Notes: a model not told the origin generated them from the letters alone. Shown: positions 9,462-18,793, counted from the stretch's first letter. The stretch: 64,000 bases of DNA from a virus (IMGVR_UViG_3300009506_000021:5081-69080); one strand, 5' to 3'. Program-made: numbers and translations.

Positions 9462-9654
9462 GAAATATGTCCACGATGGTGTGGAGGTTGTAAAGACGGG
9501 GCGGATCGCAAAGAAAGAGCGTCAGACGACTGGTCGTCGCGCTGCACCAGCGCCATCCGTGATGTATGAAATTACGCCAGCTGACAAGGAGACAGGTAGC
9601 TGGAAGAAGTGGGTTAGGGATAGTGATTTGTATGAAATTGTGGAAGGTGAATAA
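9436..9654 (+). CDS. hypothetical protein
   Basis: AAGGAG RBS; overlaps neighbours. Confidence 0.65.
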   Translation: MSESSETPKKYVHDGVEVVKTGRIAKKERQTTGRRAAPAPSVMYEITPADKETGSWKKWVRDSDLYEIVEGE

Positions 9655-10937
9655 TGGCTATCATCGTTTCAGATAAGATTTACATCGGCTTTCAGAAAAG
9701 GTCTGAAGGTACTGCGTGGAACACCCCCGAAAAGGACCGCAAAGAAGTATTGCTTGGCTTTGCTACATATTATGAAGACAACGCAAAATTTGAAAAGCGG
9801 AAAGAGACAATCGACTCCTGGTCCGGTGGCAGGTATTGGCAAAAGGTTGAAAACAAGATCCCTTCCAAGATTATCGACAACGAACTGCTCGGCGGGTTTC
9901 AAATATCTCGTGAAGTTCGTCGTACAGCCAGTTGGGGTGGTGGCAATGTGCTTTGGCGCATTGAAGACCCTCGTGGTTTCGAACTTGAAATCAGCTCTGC
10001 AAACATGGCTGCCATCATGGATTGTTCCACCATTGTCAATGGCGAGATCCAAGGCAAGTGTAAGTGGGGATGGAATACGACAGGTGGTAGCAAAGTTGTT
10101 CTACTCCCTGAACACTCCGAACCCTATCAGCAGGCAATTGAAGATACGAAACGCCACAATAGCAACGTCTCCATCAAAGAGGTAAAGATTGGCGATAAGG
10201 TTGAACTGAAAAATGGTACAGTTGGCGTCTACCTTGGCTACCACCATTTTCTGAAGGCAGATTGGAGTCGCTCCGAGTACGATCAGTATGATTGGAAGAG
10301 GCACCTTCGTGTCCTTGACAAGAGCAAGAAGAAGAACCATTTCTTTCGTTTGCCTGGCAACCATCGAATTCTAATGGTTCCATCTCCAAAACTAGCCAAG
10401 ATAGTTGAACCATCAAAAAATGAGCTGACACTTGAGGAAGGTGCTGCGCGCATCAACAAAGCGCTACGCGATTACTACAAAGTTGACACGCTGACCCGTG
10501 AAGGTGAATCAGTTTTTCTCGTGTCGCCAACTCCCATCAAGCTCGATCAGTGTCGCACGGTGCTACGCCCAATAACAATGTCTTCGTTCGAAGAGATTGT
10601 TAAGAACGCCGTTGATCACAAAGCCGCAACACTTCCGTTGTATGAGAACGTCTTACTGTGCTTCCACGGTGAAGGTGGCGATTGGCTGGTCAACTCAACT
10701 TACCAAGGCAAACTACATCTTGAGTGCATTTACAAAGACAAGCTTCTCCGTGGACAACGAGAAACCATTTTAAAGGAGGAGCAGCCCACCCTTAGCCAGC
10801 GGTTTTCCTATAGTAGCGGGCGCGCGTGGATGAGCGAGGTGAAACGAGACATAATGTTTGAAGATGTGGAGCACATGGCAGTTGCATTCCAAATCTTCAT
10901 CGAATACAACAACGAACAATACCCAACCCGATATTAG
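9654..10937 (+). CDS. hypothetical phage protein
   Basis: 427 aa ORF containing WRIEDPRGFELEISS; function not recognised. Confidence 0.8.
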   Translation: MAIIVSDKIYIGFQKRSEGTAWNTPEKDRKEVLLGFATYYEDNAKFEKRKETIDSWSGGRYWQKVENKIPSKIIDNELLGGFQISREVRRTASWGGGNVLWRIEDPRGFELEISSANMAAIMDCSTIVNGEIQGKCKWGWNTTGGSKVVLLPEHSEPYQQAIEDTKRHNSNVSIKEVKIGDKVELKNGTVGVYLGYHHFLKADWSRSEYDQYDWKRHLRVLDKSKKKNHFFRLPGNHRILMVPSPKLAKIVEPSKNELTLEEGAARINKALRDYYKVDTLTREGESVFLVSPTPIKLDQCRTVLRPITMSSFEEIVKNAVDHKAATLPLYENVLLCFHGEGGDWLVNSTYQGKLHLECIYKDKLLRGQRETILKEEQPTLSQRFSYSSGRAWMSEVKRDIMFEDVEHMAVAFQIFIEYNNEQYPTRY

Positions 10938-10945
10938 AGGTAAAC

Positions 10946-11845
10946 ATGACACAATTTCACGATCAACCCTACATAGACCTCGTTCGCGATGTCATAAACA
11001 ACGGAGTTCGTAAAGAGAACCGCACAGGCACAGATACGTTTGCTGTGTTTTCTCGACAGATGCGGTTCGACCTGAGTGACGGTTCCATTCCACTGCTCAC
11101 AACCAAGAAGATGCACACGCGTAGCATTATTCACGAACTGCTGTGGTACATTATGGGTGACTCCAACATCAAGTACCTACAAGACAATGGTGTTCGAATC
11201 TGGAACGAGTGGGCTGACGAGAATGGTGACCTTGGTCCTGTGTACGGTTATCAGTGGAGACATTGGGAGGGTCCTGACGGCACGGTCGTCGATCAGCTCG
11301 GAGACTTGATCAACAAACTGCGAACCAATCCGATGGATCGTCGCCTGATCATCAGCGCATGGAATGTTGCTCAGCTACCTGAAATGGCTCTGCCTCCTTG
11401 TCACTATGCGTTCCAGTTCTACACGAGACCGTTGGAGCGACTGGAACGGATCGGGCATGACGGCAATCTGCACTTCGACGCCACTCACGAAATCCTTGAC
11501 AACCGTGGTGCGCCAAAGTATGAATTGTCCCTGATGCTGAACCAGCGCTCATGTGATGTTGGACTCGGTGTTCCGTTTAACATCGTTCAGTATAGCATCT
11601 TCCTGCACATGATTGCCCAGGTTGTCAATATGCGCCCTGGTGAATTCATCTGGAATGGTGGTGACGTGCACGTTTACGAGAACCATTTGCATCCTCTTAC
11701 GGACCAGATTCTTCGCAATCCTCACGCATCTCCCTACCTCGAACTGAACCCAGACATCAAAGAGATTGAGGATTTTACCTTCGAAGATTTCGAAATCGTT
11801 AAATACACTCATCATCCCTTAATCAAAATGGAGGTATCGGTATGA
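10946..11845 (+). CDS. thyA: thymidylate synthase
   Basis: RTGT, PLLTTKK, IWNEWADENGDLGPVYG.QWR, MALPPCH, QRSCDVGLGVPFN. Confidence 0.98.
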   Translation: MTQFHDQPYIDLVRDVINNGVRKENRTGTDTFAVFSRQMRFDLSDGSIPLLTTKKMHTRSIIHELLWYIMGDSNIKYLQDNGVRIWNEWADENGDLGPVYGYQWRHWEGPDGTVVDQLGDLINKLRTNPMDRRLIISAWNVAQLPEMALPPCHYAFQFYTRPLERLERIGHDGNLHFDATHEILDNRGAPKYELSLMLNQRSCDVGLGVPFNIVQYSIFLHMIAQVVNMRPGEFIWNGGDVHVYENHLHPLTDQILRNPHASPYLELNPDIKEIEDFTFEDFEIVKYTHHPLIKMEVSV

Positions 11846-12168
11846 GAAAGGTGAAGGTGGTTCCAAGAAACGTCAACAACAAAAGACTATACAACGAAAT
11901 CAACGACACCGTCGCAGACGCGATCAAAACTTTCCAAGTCAAGTGGACCAGCGAATCTCACCGTTCCTCGTTCGTTGACATTATCGAAGACTACCTGTTG
12001 GATCTCGAAGAGACAGGGAGGGTAGAACAGACTAAAGTTATTTGCGACAAACGCAATAACAAATCATTTTCAACACTAGCAAAGGAATACGTGTTTGAAG
12101 TGTTTTATAGACAGCCAGATTGTTTGAATGTGACTTCTATCACTTATCACGTTATCAATAGGTCATGA
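11842..12168 (+). CDS. hypothetical protein resembling a tail-sheath C-terminal domain
   Basis: IEDYLLDLEETGRVEQTKVICDKRNN resembles the sheath C-terminal VxCDxxNN motif. Confidence 0.5.
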   Translation: MRKVKVVPRNVNNKRLYNEINDTVADAIKTFQVKWTSESHRSSFVDIIEDYLLDLEETGRVEQTKVICDKRNNKSFSTLAKEYVFEVFYRQPDCLNVTSITYHVINRS

Positions 12169-12491
12169 GACGACAAAAGAAAAAAGTAGCGCCTGGTAAC
12201 GCAGTCTGTGATTGTGAATGCCACAGCAACCCTGAGATCAAACATCCATCTCCATGTTGTTTTACATGCCCAAAGTGTAAGCAACAGATCGTAGCGCATA
12301 TCTATAACGCTCACGTGCAGAGTTGTGATCGCGCAGCGCAAATTATGGCTGAACGCGAACGAAAGCGTGCAGAGAATCAACCTGAACCTGAAGCAGCTCC
12401 TGAGTTACCTCCTGAGCGTCCAAAGAAGAAAAAGATCAAGGATCTTCCGGTCATGCCAGGTTCAACCAGAACGAGGTATAGAAAAAGATAA
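12165..12491 (+). CDS. hypothetical Cys/His-rich basic protein
   Basis: CDCECH..PCCFTCPKC..H..HVQSC. Confidence 0.6.
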   Translation: MRRQKKKVAPGNAVCDCECHSNPEIKHPSPCCFTCPKCKQQIVAHIYNAHVQSCDRAAQIMAERERKRAENQPEPEAAPELPPERPKKKKIKDLPVMPGSTRTRYRKR

Positions 12492-13075
12492 TGGCAGTTT
12501 TTCACAGAGCACATGCTCCAATGCACAACATGGGGACACTTCAAATTATGCGTCCACTTAACCTGATCGTGGCGATAGATGAAATGGGAGGCTTTGGCAA
12601 AGGTGGAAAAATTCCATGGCACTTTGCTGAGGACTTCAAACATTTCAAAGAAACCACCAAAGATAGCATTTGCATTATGGGTCGCAGGACTTACACTGAC
12701 ATGCTCGACATGGTGAAAGCAAAACGCAAATCCAAAAAGGAAATCGTTGAGATTTTACCAAATCGAAAGAGCATCGTTCTTACGCGCAACGCAGACTTTA
12801 AGCCGGAAGGTGCAACGATCGCCGCATCTCTGGTTGAGGCAGTTCAGTCTGTCGAAGGCGACAACCGAGACATTTTTATTCTCGGTGGCGAGAAGCTGTT
12901 TATTGAAGCGCTGCCTTGGGTCAGCAAAATTTACATGACAATCGTGCAGGACATTTACAACTGTGATCGCTTTCTGCCACTCGAGTATATACAAAAAAAG
13001 TTCAACATCATAGAGGGTCGCAAGGGAGAAGATGAACAGTTGTTGTTTGTTGAACTCCAGCGCATAGCACAATGA
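12491..13075 (+). CDS. folA: dihydrofolate reductase (true start may be ATG 12548)
   Basis: LIVA....G.G..GKIPW, D..HFKETT, IMGRRTY, LPNR, FILGGE, CDRF. Confidence 0.93.
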   Translation: MAVFHRAHAPMHNMGTLQIMRPLNLIVAIDEMGGFGKGGKIPWHFAEDFKHFKETTKDSICIMGRRTYTDMLDMVKAKRKSKKEIVEILPNRKSIVLTRNADFKPEGATIAASLVEAVQSVEGDNRDIFILGGEKLFIEALPWVSKIYMTIVQDIYNCDRFLPLEYIQKKFNIIEGRKGEDEQLLFVELQRIAQ

Positions 13076-13572
13076 AACTGGAAGAAATAATGGAAAAAAC
13101 CAAAGAGCCTGGCACGTATGCGGGGTATCGCTATAACAAAGACGATGTCAAGCTGATCAGCAAGTACGCAAATGACGCTGGTATCCCACATCCTCTCAAC
13201 CCAAACAAGATGCACACCACGCTGCTTTACAGCAAGAAACCCTGCCCCGATTATGAGCCTTTGGGAAAACTGGAACCCCCAATTGAGGCAAAACTTGGTA
13301 AATTCGACGTCTGGAAGACGCAGGATGGCAAGAATGCTTTGGTTTTGAACCTTATTGCTCCTAAGATGGTGAAGCGACACAAGGATCTGATGAAGGAACA
13401 TGGAGCGTCCTACGATTATGACGAGTACAAACCACACATCACAGTGTCATACGATGTTGGCGATTTGGACCTAAAGGACCTGCCTGACATCGCGGATACA
13501 ATCGATAAACTACGTGCCGTAGAGGAATACGGCGAAGATTTAGTCATGGACTGGCAAAACAAGGGGAAATAA
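13072..13572 (+). CDS. Acb1-like (T4 gp57B family) 2H phosphoesterase, putative anti-CBASS nuclease
   Basis: GTYAG N-terminal motif, HTTLLYS and YKPHITVSY (two HxT motifs). Confidence 0.82.
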   Translation: MKLEEIMEKTKEPGTYAGYRYNKDDVKLISKYANDAGIPHPLNPNKMHTTLLYSKKPCPDYEPLGKLEPPIEAKLGKFDVWKTQDGKNALVLNLIAPKMVKRHKDLMKEHGASYDYDEYKPHITVSYDVGDLDLKDLPDIADTIDKLRAVEEYGEDLVMDWQNKGK

Positions 13573-13574
13573 TC

Positions 13575-13979
13575 ATGCGCACTGCCATTCTTTACGTTCT
13601 ACTGTTTATAGGTTCACTGTTTCTTTTCAACACCGCTCAGGCATACACAAGTTTCTATGTCAGCGATGCAATCGACTGGACGAAGCAAAACTTCGAGAAA
13701 ATTCCAAAAGATATTGTTGATATATGTGGAAAAGCCGGTCATGAGGCGATGAATGCAGCAGATCAACGAGACAAAGGAGTTTCGCAGAAGGATGCCTGGC
13801 ACAGTTTCGAATCTGACATCAGCGCCGCAGAGAAAAGACAAAATGCTCGTCTTCCTCAGCATATTCGCCTTGAATTTTCAAGGATGTACTATACTGCATA
13901 TCGTCACCCTGAAATGACGGACAAGGACTTGTTCGATCAGTTCTTCTCCGAGTGTGTGATTTTGGGTACATATTTCTGA
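13575..13979 (+). CDS. hypothetical secreted/periplasmic protein
   Basis: signal peptide ending AQA; two Cys. Confidence 0.65.
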   Translation: MRTAILYVLLFIGSLFLFNTAQAYTSFYVSDAIDWTKQNFEKIPKDIVDICGKAGHEAMNAADQRDKGVSQKDAWHSFESDISAAEKRQNARLPQHIRLEFSRMYYTAYRHPEMTDKDLFDQFFSECVILGTYF

Positions 13980-14020
13980 CCCGAAAAGAAAACACCCTCA
14001 AAATATCAACTTACCGACCC

Positions 14021-14052
14021 TTGACTGGAGTCGACATTTTATAGTATAAATA
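14021..14052 (+). promoter_or_regulatory. tmRNA promoter: TATAAATA late-type box with upstream TTGACT
   Basis: TTGACT 14021-14026, TATAAATA 14045-14052. Confidence 0.65.
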
Positions 14053-14057
14053 CACTT

Positions 14058-14330
14058 AACATTGTATGAAGGAAGTCGGGCGCGTTGCGGACGGGGTTTC
14101 GACACCCCCATCTCCACCAAAATCAATACATTTGGGGATGAATTGGATTCGACGGGATGAAGAAGAGGACTGGACAATGCGACAGGTGAAAGTCGCTAAA
14201 TGGCACAAAACTACAATTGCAAACGATAGCAATTACTACGAGGCGCCAATGGCGCTCGCTGCTTAATAAACAGCACTCGTCGGGGTTTTAACGGGAACCT
14301 TTTCCTTGTTACCAAATAAAGGTTCCCACC
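14058..14330 (+). ncRNA. ssrA: circularly permuted (two-piece) tmRNA, tag (A)ANDSNYYEAPMALAA; ends approximate
   Basis: T-arm GGGGT-TTCGAC-ACCCC plus CATCTCC-A-CCA (ends 14119) lies upstream of GGGGATGAATTGGATTCGAC (starts 14134); 7 bp acceptor stem with G3:U; tag frame 14219-14266; 3' hairpin GGGAACCTTT/AAAGGTTCCC. Confidence 0.93.
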
Positions 14331-14364
14331 TTTTAAAAACAACAATTCTAAGAGGAGTCAAATC

Positions 14365-14481
14365 ATGGGTTCACTACTAGTACTAGCCATCGGTATCTTA
14401 ATCGGTTGGAACATTCCTCAGCCTGCTTTCGTCAAGGGACTTGTGGATCGTCTTCTCGCCCGTCTTCGCGGCGACGCATAA
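14365..14481 (+). CDS. small membrane protein (38 aa, not in ORF track)
   Basis: GAGGAG RBS; MGSLLVLAIGILIGWNIPQPAFVKGLVDRLLARLRGDA. Confidence 0.75.
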   Translation: MGSLLVLAIGILIGWNIPQPAFVKGLVDRLLARLRGDA

Positions 14482-14497
14482 GACAAAGTAGCGCAGT

Positions 14498-15199
14498 ATG
14501 GCTAAGAAGAAGTTAACAGAAGAAGAGTACGAATACGAAACAGAGGCTGGCGACGAAGAGAACGAAAAGGAAAAAGCCTTCGACGCATTCGAGACTCCAC
14601 TGGCAGGGAAAGCCTATCACTTTTATCTGAGCGATTCAGTTGGCGCTCCCAAAGACTACGTCGAGATGATCCAGCGTATCAAGTACGCAGGTCCCCAAGA
14701 TGTAATCTATATCTACCTCAACACGCCTGGTGGTCGTATCGACACAGGTATTCAAATTATCAGCGCAATGCGAACAAGTCACGCTCACGTCGTTACGGTT
14801 CTTGAGGGTGAAGTTTGTTCTCTAGGAACCTTGATCTTCTTGAGTGGAGATGAGATGATTGTACATGATCACTGCTTGTTCATGGTTCACAACCACAGCG
14901 GTGGTGCATACGGAAAAGGTCATGAATATTTGGCTTCCGCAAATGCCACTGCAAAGTGGTTCGAAGAACTAGCTCGTGACACCTACTTAGGGTTCATGAC
15001 AGAAGCTGAGATCAAACGTATGCTTGCAGGTGAGGACTTCTGGATGACATCGAATGAAGTTCGCGATCGACTAAAGCTGTTCGTTTCTCACCTAGAGAAG
15101 AAACAGAAGCAAGCAGAGGCAGAAGAAGCTGTGCAGGAAAAGCCAGCATCACGAGCACCAAGGAAGAAGCGAGCATCTAAAAAGAAAGCTACCAAGTGA
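14498..15199 (+). CDS. clpP: ClpP-like serine protease
   Basis: IYLNTPGG, catalytic Ser in VCSLGT, His in FMVHN, Asp in GEDFWMT. Confidence 0.88.
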   Translation: MAKKKLTEEEYEYETEAGDEENEKEKAFDAFETPLAGKAYHFYLSDSVGAPKDYVEMIQRIKYAGPQDVIYIYLNTPGGRIDTGIQIISAMRTSHAHVVTVLEGEVCSLGTLIFLSGDEMIVHDHCLFMVHNHSGGAYGKGHEYLASANATAKWFEELARDTYLGFMTEAEIKRMLAGEDFWMTSNEVRDRLKLFVSHLEKKQKQAEAEEAVQEKPASRAPRKKRASKKKATK

Positions 15200-15753
15200 A
15201 AGTAATCAATCTTTTTGGAGGGCCAGGTTCGGGCAAAAGTACAACTGCCGCTGGCCTTTTCTATTTTATGAAGCTACGCCACCAAAGTGTTGACTTGGTG
15301 ACAGAATACGCAAAAGAACTTGTTTGGGAAGGTCGTCTGCAAGAGATGCTCGACAAACAAGAAGACATCTTCGTTGAACAACAGCGTCGGATCCGTCGGC
15401 TACGTGACAACGTTGACTATGCCGTTGTGGATAGCCCTCTTTTGTTCTCCTACATATATCCCAAAATGAACGAACAACAACGGGGAATCAATCGTTGGCC
15501 AGCCCTCAAGGAGTTTATGAGTTTTGTCGTCGCTGTATACAAAACATACGACAACGTAAACGTTTTCCTTGAACGACCTGAATCATTCGAAGAGAACGGT
15601 CGAGACCACGACCGTGAGGAAGCAGAGGCGATTGACCAAGCCATCAAGGACGTACTGCTGGAACTGAATGAACCCTTTATAACGCTGCCCACCGACGAAC
15701 GCACAGTAGAAACGCTGCTCGACATGTTTAAGGATGAAGTAGTACCCCGTTAA
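15196..15753 (+). CDS. AAA_28/NadR-like P-loop NTPase or nucleotide kinase
   Basis: INLFGGPGSGKST, EYAKELVW, DSPLL; GTG start. Confidence 0.8.
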   Translation: MKVINLFGGPGSGKSTTAAGLFYFMKLRHQSVDLVTEYAKELVWEGRLQEMLDKQEDIFVEQQRRIRRLRDNVDYAVVDSPLLFSYIYPKMNEQQRGINRWPALKEFMSFVVAVYKTYDNVNVFLERPESFEENGRDHDREEAEAIDQAIKDVLLELNEPFITLPTDERTVETLLDMFKDEVVPR

Positions 15754-15763
15754 GACGCACCGT

Positions 15764-15792
15764 TTGACTTTTTGTATACACTCCTGTATACT
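15764..15792 (+). promoter_or_regulatory. sigma70-type promoter
   Basis: TTGACT-17-TATACT, ATG 6 nt downstream. Confidence 0.75.
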
Positions 15793-15798
15793 GTTAGT

Positions 15799-16656
15799 AT
15801 GGCACAACTAAACAAATTTCAAGAGGCAACACTCTTGCAGGCTATTATGTACGCTCGCAAAGGGTGGCATGTGCTTCCAACGAAAAAAGATAAGAAACCC
15901 CTAAACATGAATGGTAGTCGTGGTGCGACGGTCGACGAAGATACCATTATGGAGTGGTGGGACCAATGGAATAGTGCCAACATTGGTATTGCAACTGGTA
16001 AGATAAGTGGGTTCTTTGTTGTTGACATTGACATGAAGAACGACAAGAACGGTTGGGATTCTCTCCAGCAACGGTTTGGGGACAATTTTACATTTGAAGA
16101 TACCTGGTTAATTCAAAAAACACCCTCAGGCGGTTATCATTTTCTCTTTCAGTGTCCTGATGACACAGAAGTTCATAACGCTCAGGACTTGTTGTCAGGT
16201 GTTGATATTCGTGGAGAGGGTGGTTTCATTTTGGCTGCGCCTTCATCTACCAACATTAACGGTGAATGGATACAATACGAATGGAACAAAATAAACAACA
16301 AGATTCCACTTGCACCGGAATGGGCATTAGAACTTATCCACAGTGCCAACGAGAAAGCTTCAAAGCCTCTCGATCTCGAACAAGTGCTGCGTGGACTTGG
16401 CGAAGGGGAACGCGACGAAGGGATCTTTCGGTTTGCAGCGAAATTGTGCTATTGGAACATCCCATACGATTTGACACTTGCGTTTGTTCAGCAGGCTTCT
16501 AAGTTGTGCACACCTCCATTTGACGAAAGCGTTGCCCGAGATAAAGTAGACCGAGCATACGCCGATGCGCTTGCAAAAAAACAACATGACGAAAAGACGC
16601 CGAACATATCTGATCCCGAACTGTGTGCGGCAATTGACAGGATGAGCAAAAAATAA
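15799..16656 (+). CDS. bifunctional DNA primase/polymerase (Prim-Pol) with PriCT-like C-terminus
   Basis: NIGIATG..SG.FVVDID, TPSGGYHFLF, DIRGEGGFILAAPS, GEGERD...C.PP. Confidence 0.88.
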   Translation: MAQLNKFQEATLLQAIMYARKGWHVLPTKKDKKPLNMNGSRGATVDEDTIMEWWDQWNSANIGIATGKISGFFVVDIDMKNDKNGWDSLQQRFGDNFTFEDTWLIQKTPSGGYHFLFQCPDDTEVHNAQDLLSGVDIRGEGGFILAAPSSTNINGEWIQYEWNKINNKIPLAPEWALELIHSANEKASKPLDLEQVLRGLGEGERDEGIFRFAAKLCYWNIPYDLTLAFVQQASKLCTPPFDESVARDKVDRAYADALAKKQHDEKTPNISDPELCAAIDRMSKK

Positions 16657-16658
16657 AC

Positions 16659-18554
16659 ATGGCACGGAAAAGAGACTATACAGGAAAAGACATTCAGGTC
16701 TTGAGTGATCGAGATCATGTGCGCTTGCGTACCCAAATATATCTTGGGAACATGCACCCCACACCATATCCCATTCCTATTCTCAGTGATACGTCATTTA
16801 GGGTTGATGAAGTAACTTTCATCCCTGCAGTCTACAAAGCGATCGGAGAAATCATCGACAACAGTGTTGACGAGTTCGCTCACGTTGACATAAAGAACAA
16901 ACAACTAACAATCAAAGCAAACTCACTGCTCGGTGAATACACGATCGCTGACAACGGTCGCGGTATCCCCATTGACAAGCACGAGACAGGAAAGTACACA
17001 CCAGAAGTCGCTCTTGGTTCATTGCGATCCGGTCGAAACTTTACCGACGACAAAGAAGTTGGTGTTATCGGTCAGAACGGTGTTGGATCTGCTTGTACGA
17101 ACTTCTGTTCGCTTGACTTTCATGTCAAAATCAACCGAAACGGAAAGTGCTACCAACAGACCTTCAGCAACGGTGCCGAGAAAGTAAGCAAACCTTCAAT
17201 CCGTAAAGGTGCGGCAAAAACAGGAACGGAGATCACTTTCACTCTCGATCCCGAAGTGTTTTCAGACATTACCCTTCCTGATGCGTTAATGCGCAACCGT
17301 GCAGTTGAGATCGCAATGACAAATCCCGGAGTTGCTGTCTCGTACAACGGTGAGAAGTTCAAGTACAACAAGGGCATGGAAGAGGTTGTCAAGAAACTTA
17401 CAAAGAGCAGTATTCTTGACGAAGGTTCCTATTTCAAGTTTCAAGCTAACAACATGGAATTCTATGTTATTGTTGGCGTCAATCAAGAAGTCGATGAGCA
17501 AGTGTTCACTTGGGTAAACAGCTCACTGTTGTTTGATGGTGGTTTGTGTAACACTCAGTTCATGAATGCATTCATTGACCGCACAATCAAACACCTTCAG
17601 CCACAAGCAAAGAAAGAAAAGGCTGAGGTTACAAAGAATGATGTTCGTATGCAGTTGCTTGTTTTCGGTAACCTTCGCATTCAGAACCCCGAATATGATG
17701 CACAAAGCAAAACTCGTTTGACAGGACCAAACCTGCGTAAAGAGATGCAGGACATGGTTGAGAGCCATTGGCGTTCATTTGCTCGACAGCAGAAGGCATG
17801 GTTGGATGATGTACTTGAGCGAGCACTGGTTCGACACCATTCGAAGGCAAACACAAAGGCAATCAAAGAGCACGAGAAAGGTCTAAAGAAAAAAGTAGCA
17901 GGGCTGACTGACGCTACTCACAAGAACCGTGCCCTGACACAGGTCCTGATTACAGAGGGTCTGTCCGCAGCGTCAATGATCACGGAAGCAAGAGATCCGA
18001 GAACAACTGCGTCGTTCCCCTTGACTGGTAAGATCAACAACGTATATGGATCAACACCTGCACAACTGCTCAAGATGGGTAAGATTACAAACCTATTATC
18101 TGCAATTGGATTGATTCCAGGCAAAAAGGCAGTGCGCAGTGAGCTAAGATTTGGTAAGATTATTATCGCAACGGACGCTGACGTAGACGGTAGTGACATT
18201 TTCACACTACTCGTCAATCTATTTTATCAATGGACGGAGCTTTTCGATCCAAGATATGAACCAATCATATACCGGTTGGTTGCACCAAACGTATGCCTTG
18301 TAAAGGGCAAACAACGAATTCACTTTGCATCTCGCAAAGAGTATGAAGCCAAGAAAGGGAAGTATCGTGGATACGAAGTCCGCTATTATAAAGGGCTTGG
18401 TAGTATGGTTAAGGAGGACTGGGAAATGATTCTGTCTGGTGAGACAGATACGCTGATACCCGTCCAAGATGACGGAAACATGAAAGCAACACTTAAACTT
18501 TTATTTGGTCCCGATAGCGACGTTAGAAAAAGGTGGTTACAAGATGACGAATGA
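16659..18554 (+). CDS. DNA topoisomerase II large (GyrB/ParE-like, gp39+60) subunit
   Basis: EIIDNSVDE, DNGRGIP, GQNGVG, TEGLSA, ATDADVDG, YYKGLGS. Confidence 0.95.
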   Translation: MARKRDYTGKDIQVLSDRDHVRLRTQIYLGNMHPTPYPIPILSDTSFRVDEVTFIPAVYKAIGEIIDNSVDEFAHVDIKNKQLTIKANSLLGEYTIADNGRGIPIDKHETGKYTPEVALGSLRSGRNFTDDKEVGVIGQNGVGSACTNFCSLDFHVKINRNGKCYQQTFSNGAEKVSKPSIRKGAAKTGTEITFTLDPEVFSDITLPDALMRNRAVEIAMTNPGVAVSYNGEKFKYNKGMEEVVKKLTKSSILDEGSYFKFQANNMEFYVIVGVNQEVDEQVFTWVNSSLLFDGGLCNTQFMNAFIDRTIKHLQPQAKKEKAEVTKNDVRMQLLVFGNLRIQNPEYDAQSKTRLTGPNLRKEMQDMVESHWRSFARQQKAWLDDVLERALVRHHSKANTKAIKEHEKGLKKKVAGLTDATHKNRALTQVLITEGLSAASMITEARDPRTTASFPLTGKINNVYGSTPAQLLKMGKITNLLSAIGLIPGKKAVRSELRFGKIIIATDADVDGSDIFTLLVNLFYQWTELFDPRYEPIIYRLVAPNVCLVKGKQRIHFASRKEYEAKKGKYRGYEVRYYKGLGSMVKEDWEMILSGETDTLIPVQDDGNMKATLKLLFGPDSDVRKRWLQDDE

Positions 18555-18789
18555 TCCAACTCCAGAACAGCTCGAAAGTGCAAACGATGACATCACGCTC
18601 GCAAATGCGTTGATTGAAAAAGCCGAGGATTTGGCTGAAATCATTCGTACGCACACCGAAAGCGGCAATGTTACGATGCCACTGAACAAACTGACCGAGA
18701 TACTTGTATTGGTCAGTGAACTGGCACTCGTGAATGCCATCACAACAGGTTCCATGCTGCAGGAAAATGCTCTACGGGTCTTGGAATAG
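18544..18789 (+). CDS. hypothetical protein
   Basis: ATG 18544 overlapping the topoisomerase 3' end; helical sequence. Confidence 0.55.
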   Translation: MTNDPTPEQLESANDDITLANALIEKAEDLAEIIRTHTESGNVTMPLNKLTEILVLVSELALVNAITTGSMLQENALRVLE

Positions 18790-18793
18790 AAGA

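Noticed and set aside
11420-11530. Insertion of about 30 aa in ThyA after the catalytic PCH motif
   Set aside because: In-frame loop insertion at a variable position with all catalytic motifs intact; no evidence of altered base-modifying chemistry.
14089-14119. Possible tRNA gene or integration-site remnant (T-arm plus CCA)
   Set aside because: No anticodon arm upstream; its pairing partner lies downstream and belongs to the tmRNA. I saw no canonical tRNA in the window, but did not run a scanner.
14066-14266. 66 aa ORF ending in ANDSNYYEAPMALAA
   Set aside because: It runs through the tRNA-like domain and spacer of the permuted tmRNA; only 14219-14266 is a meaningful reading frame (the tag).
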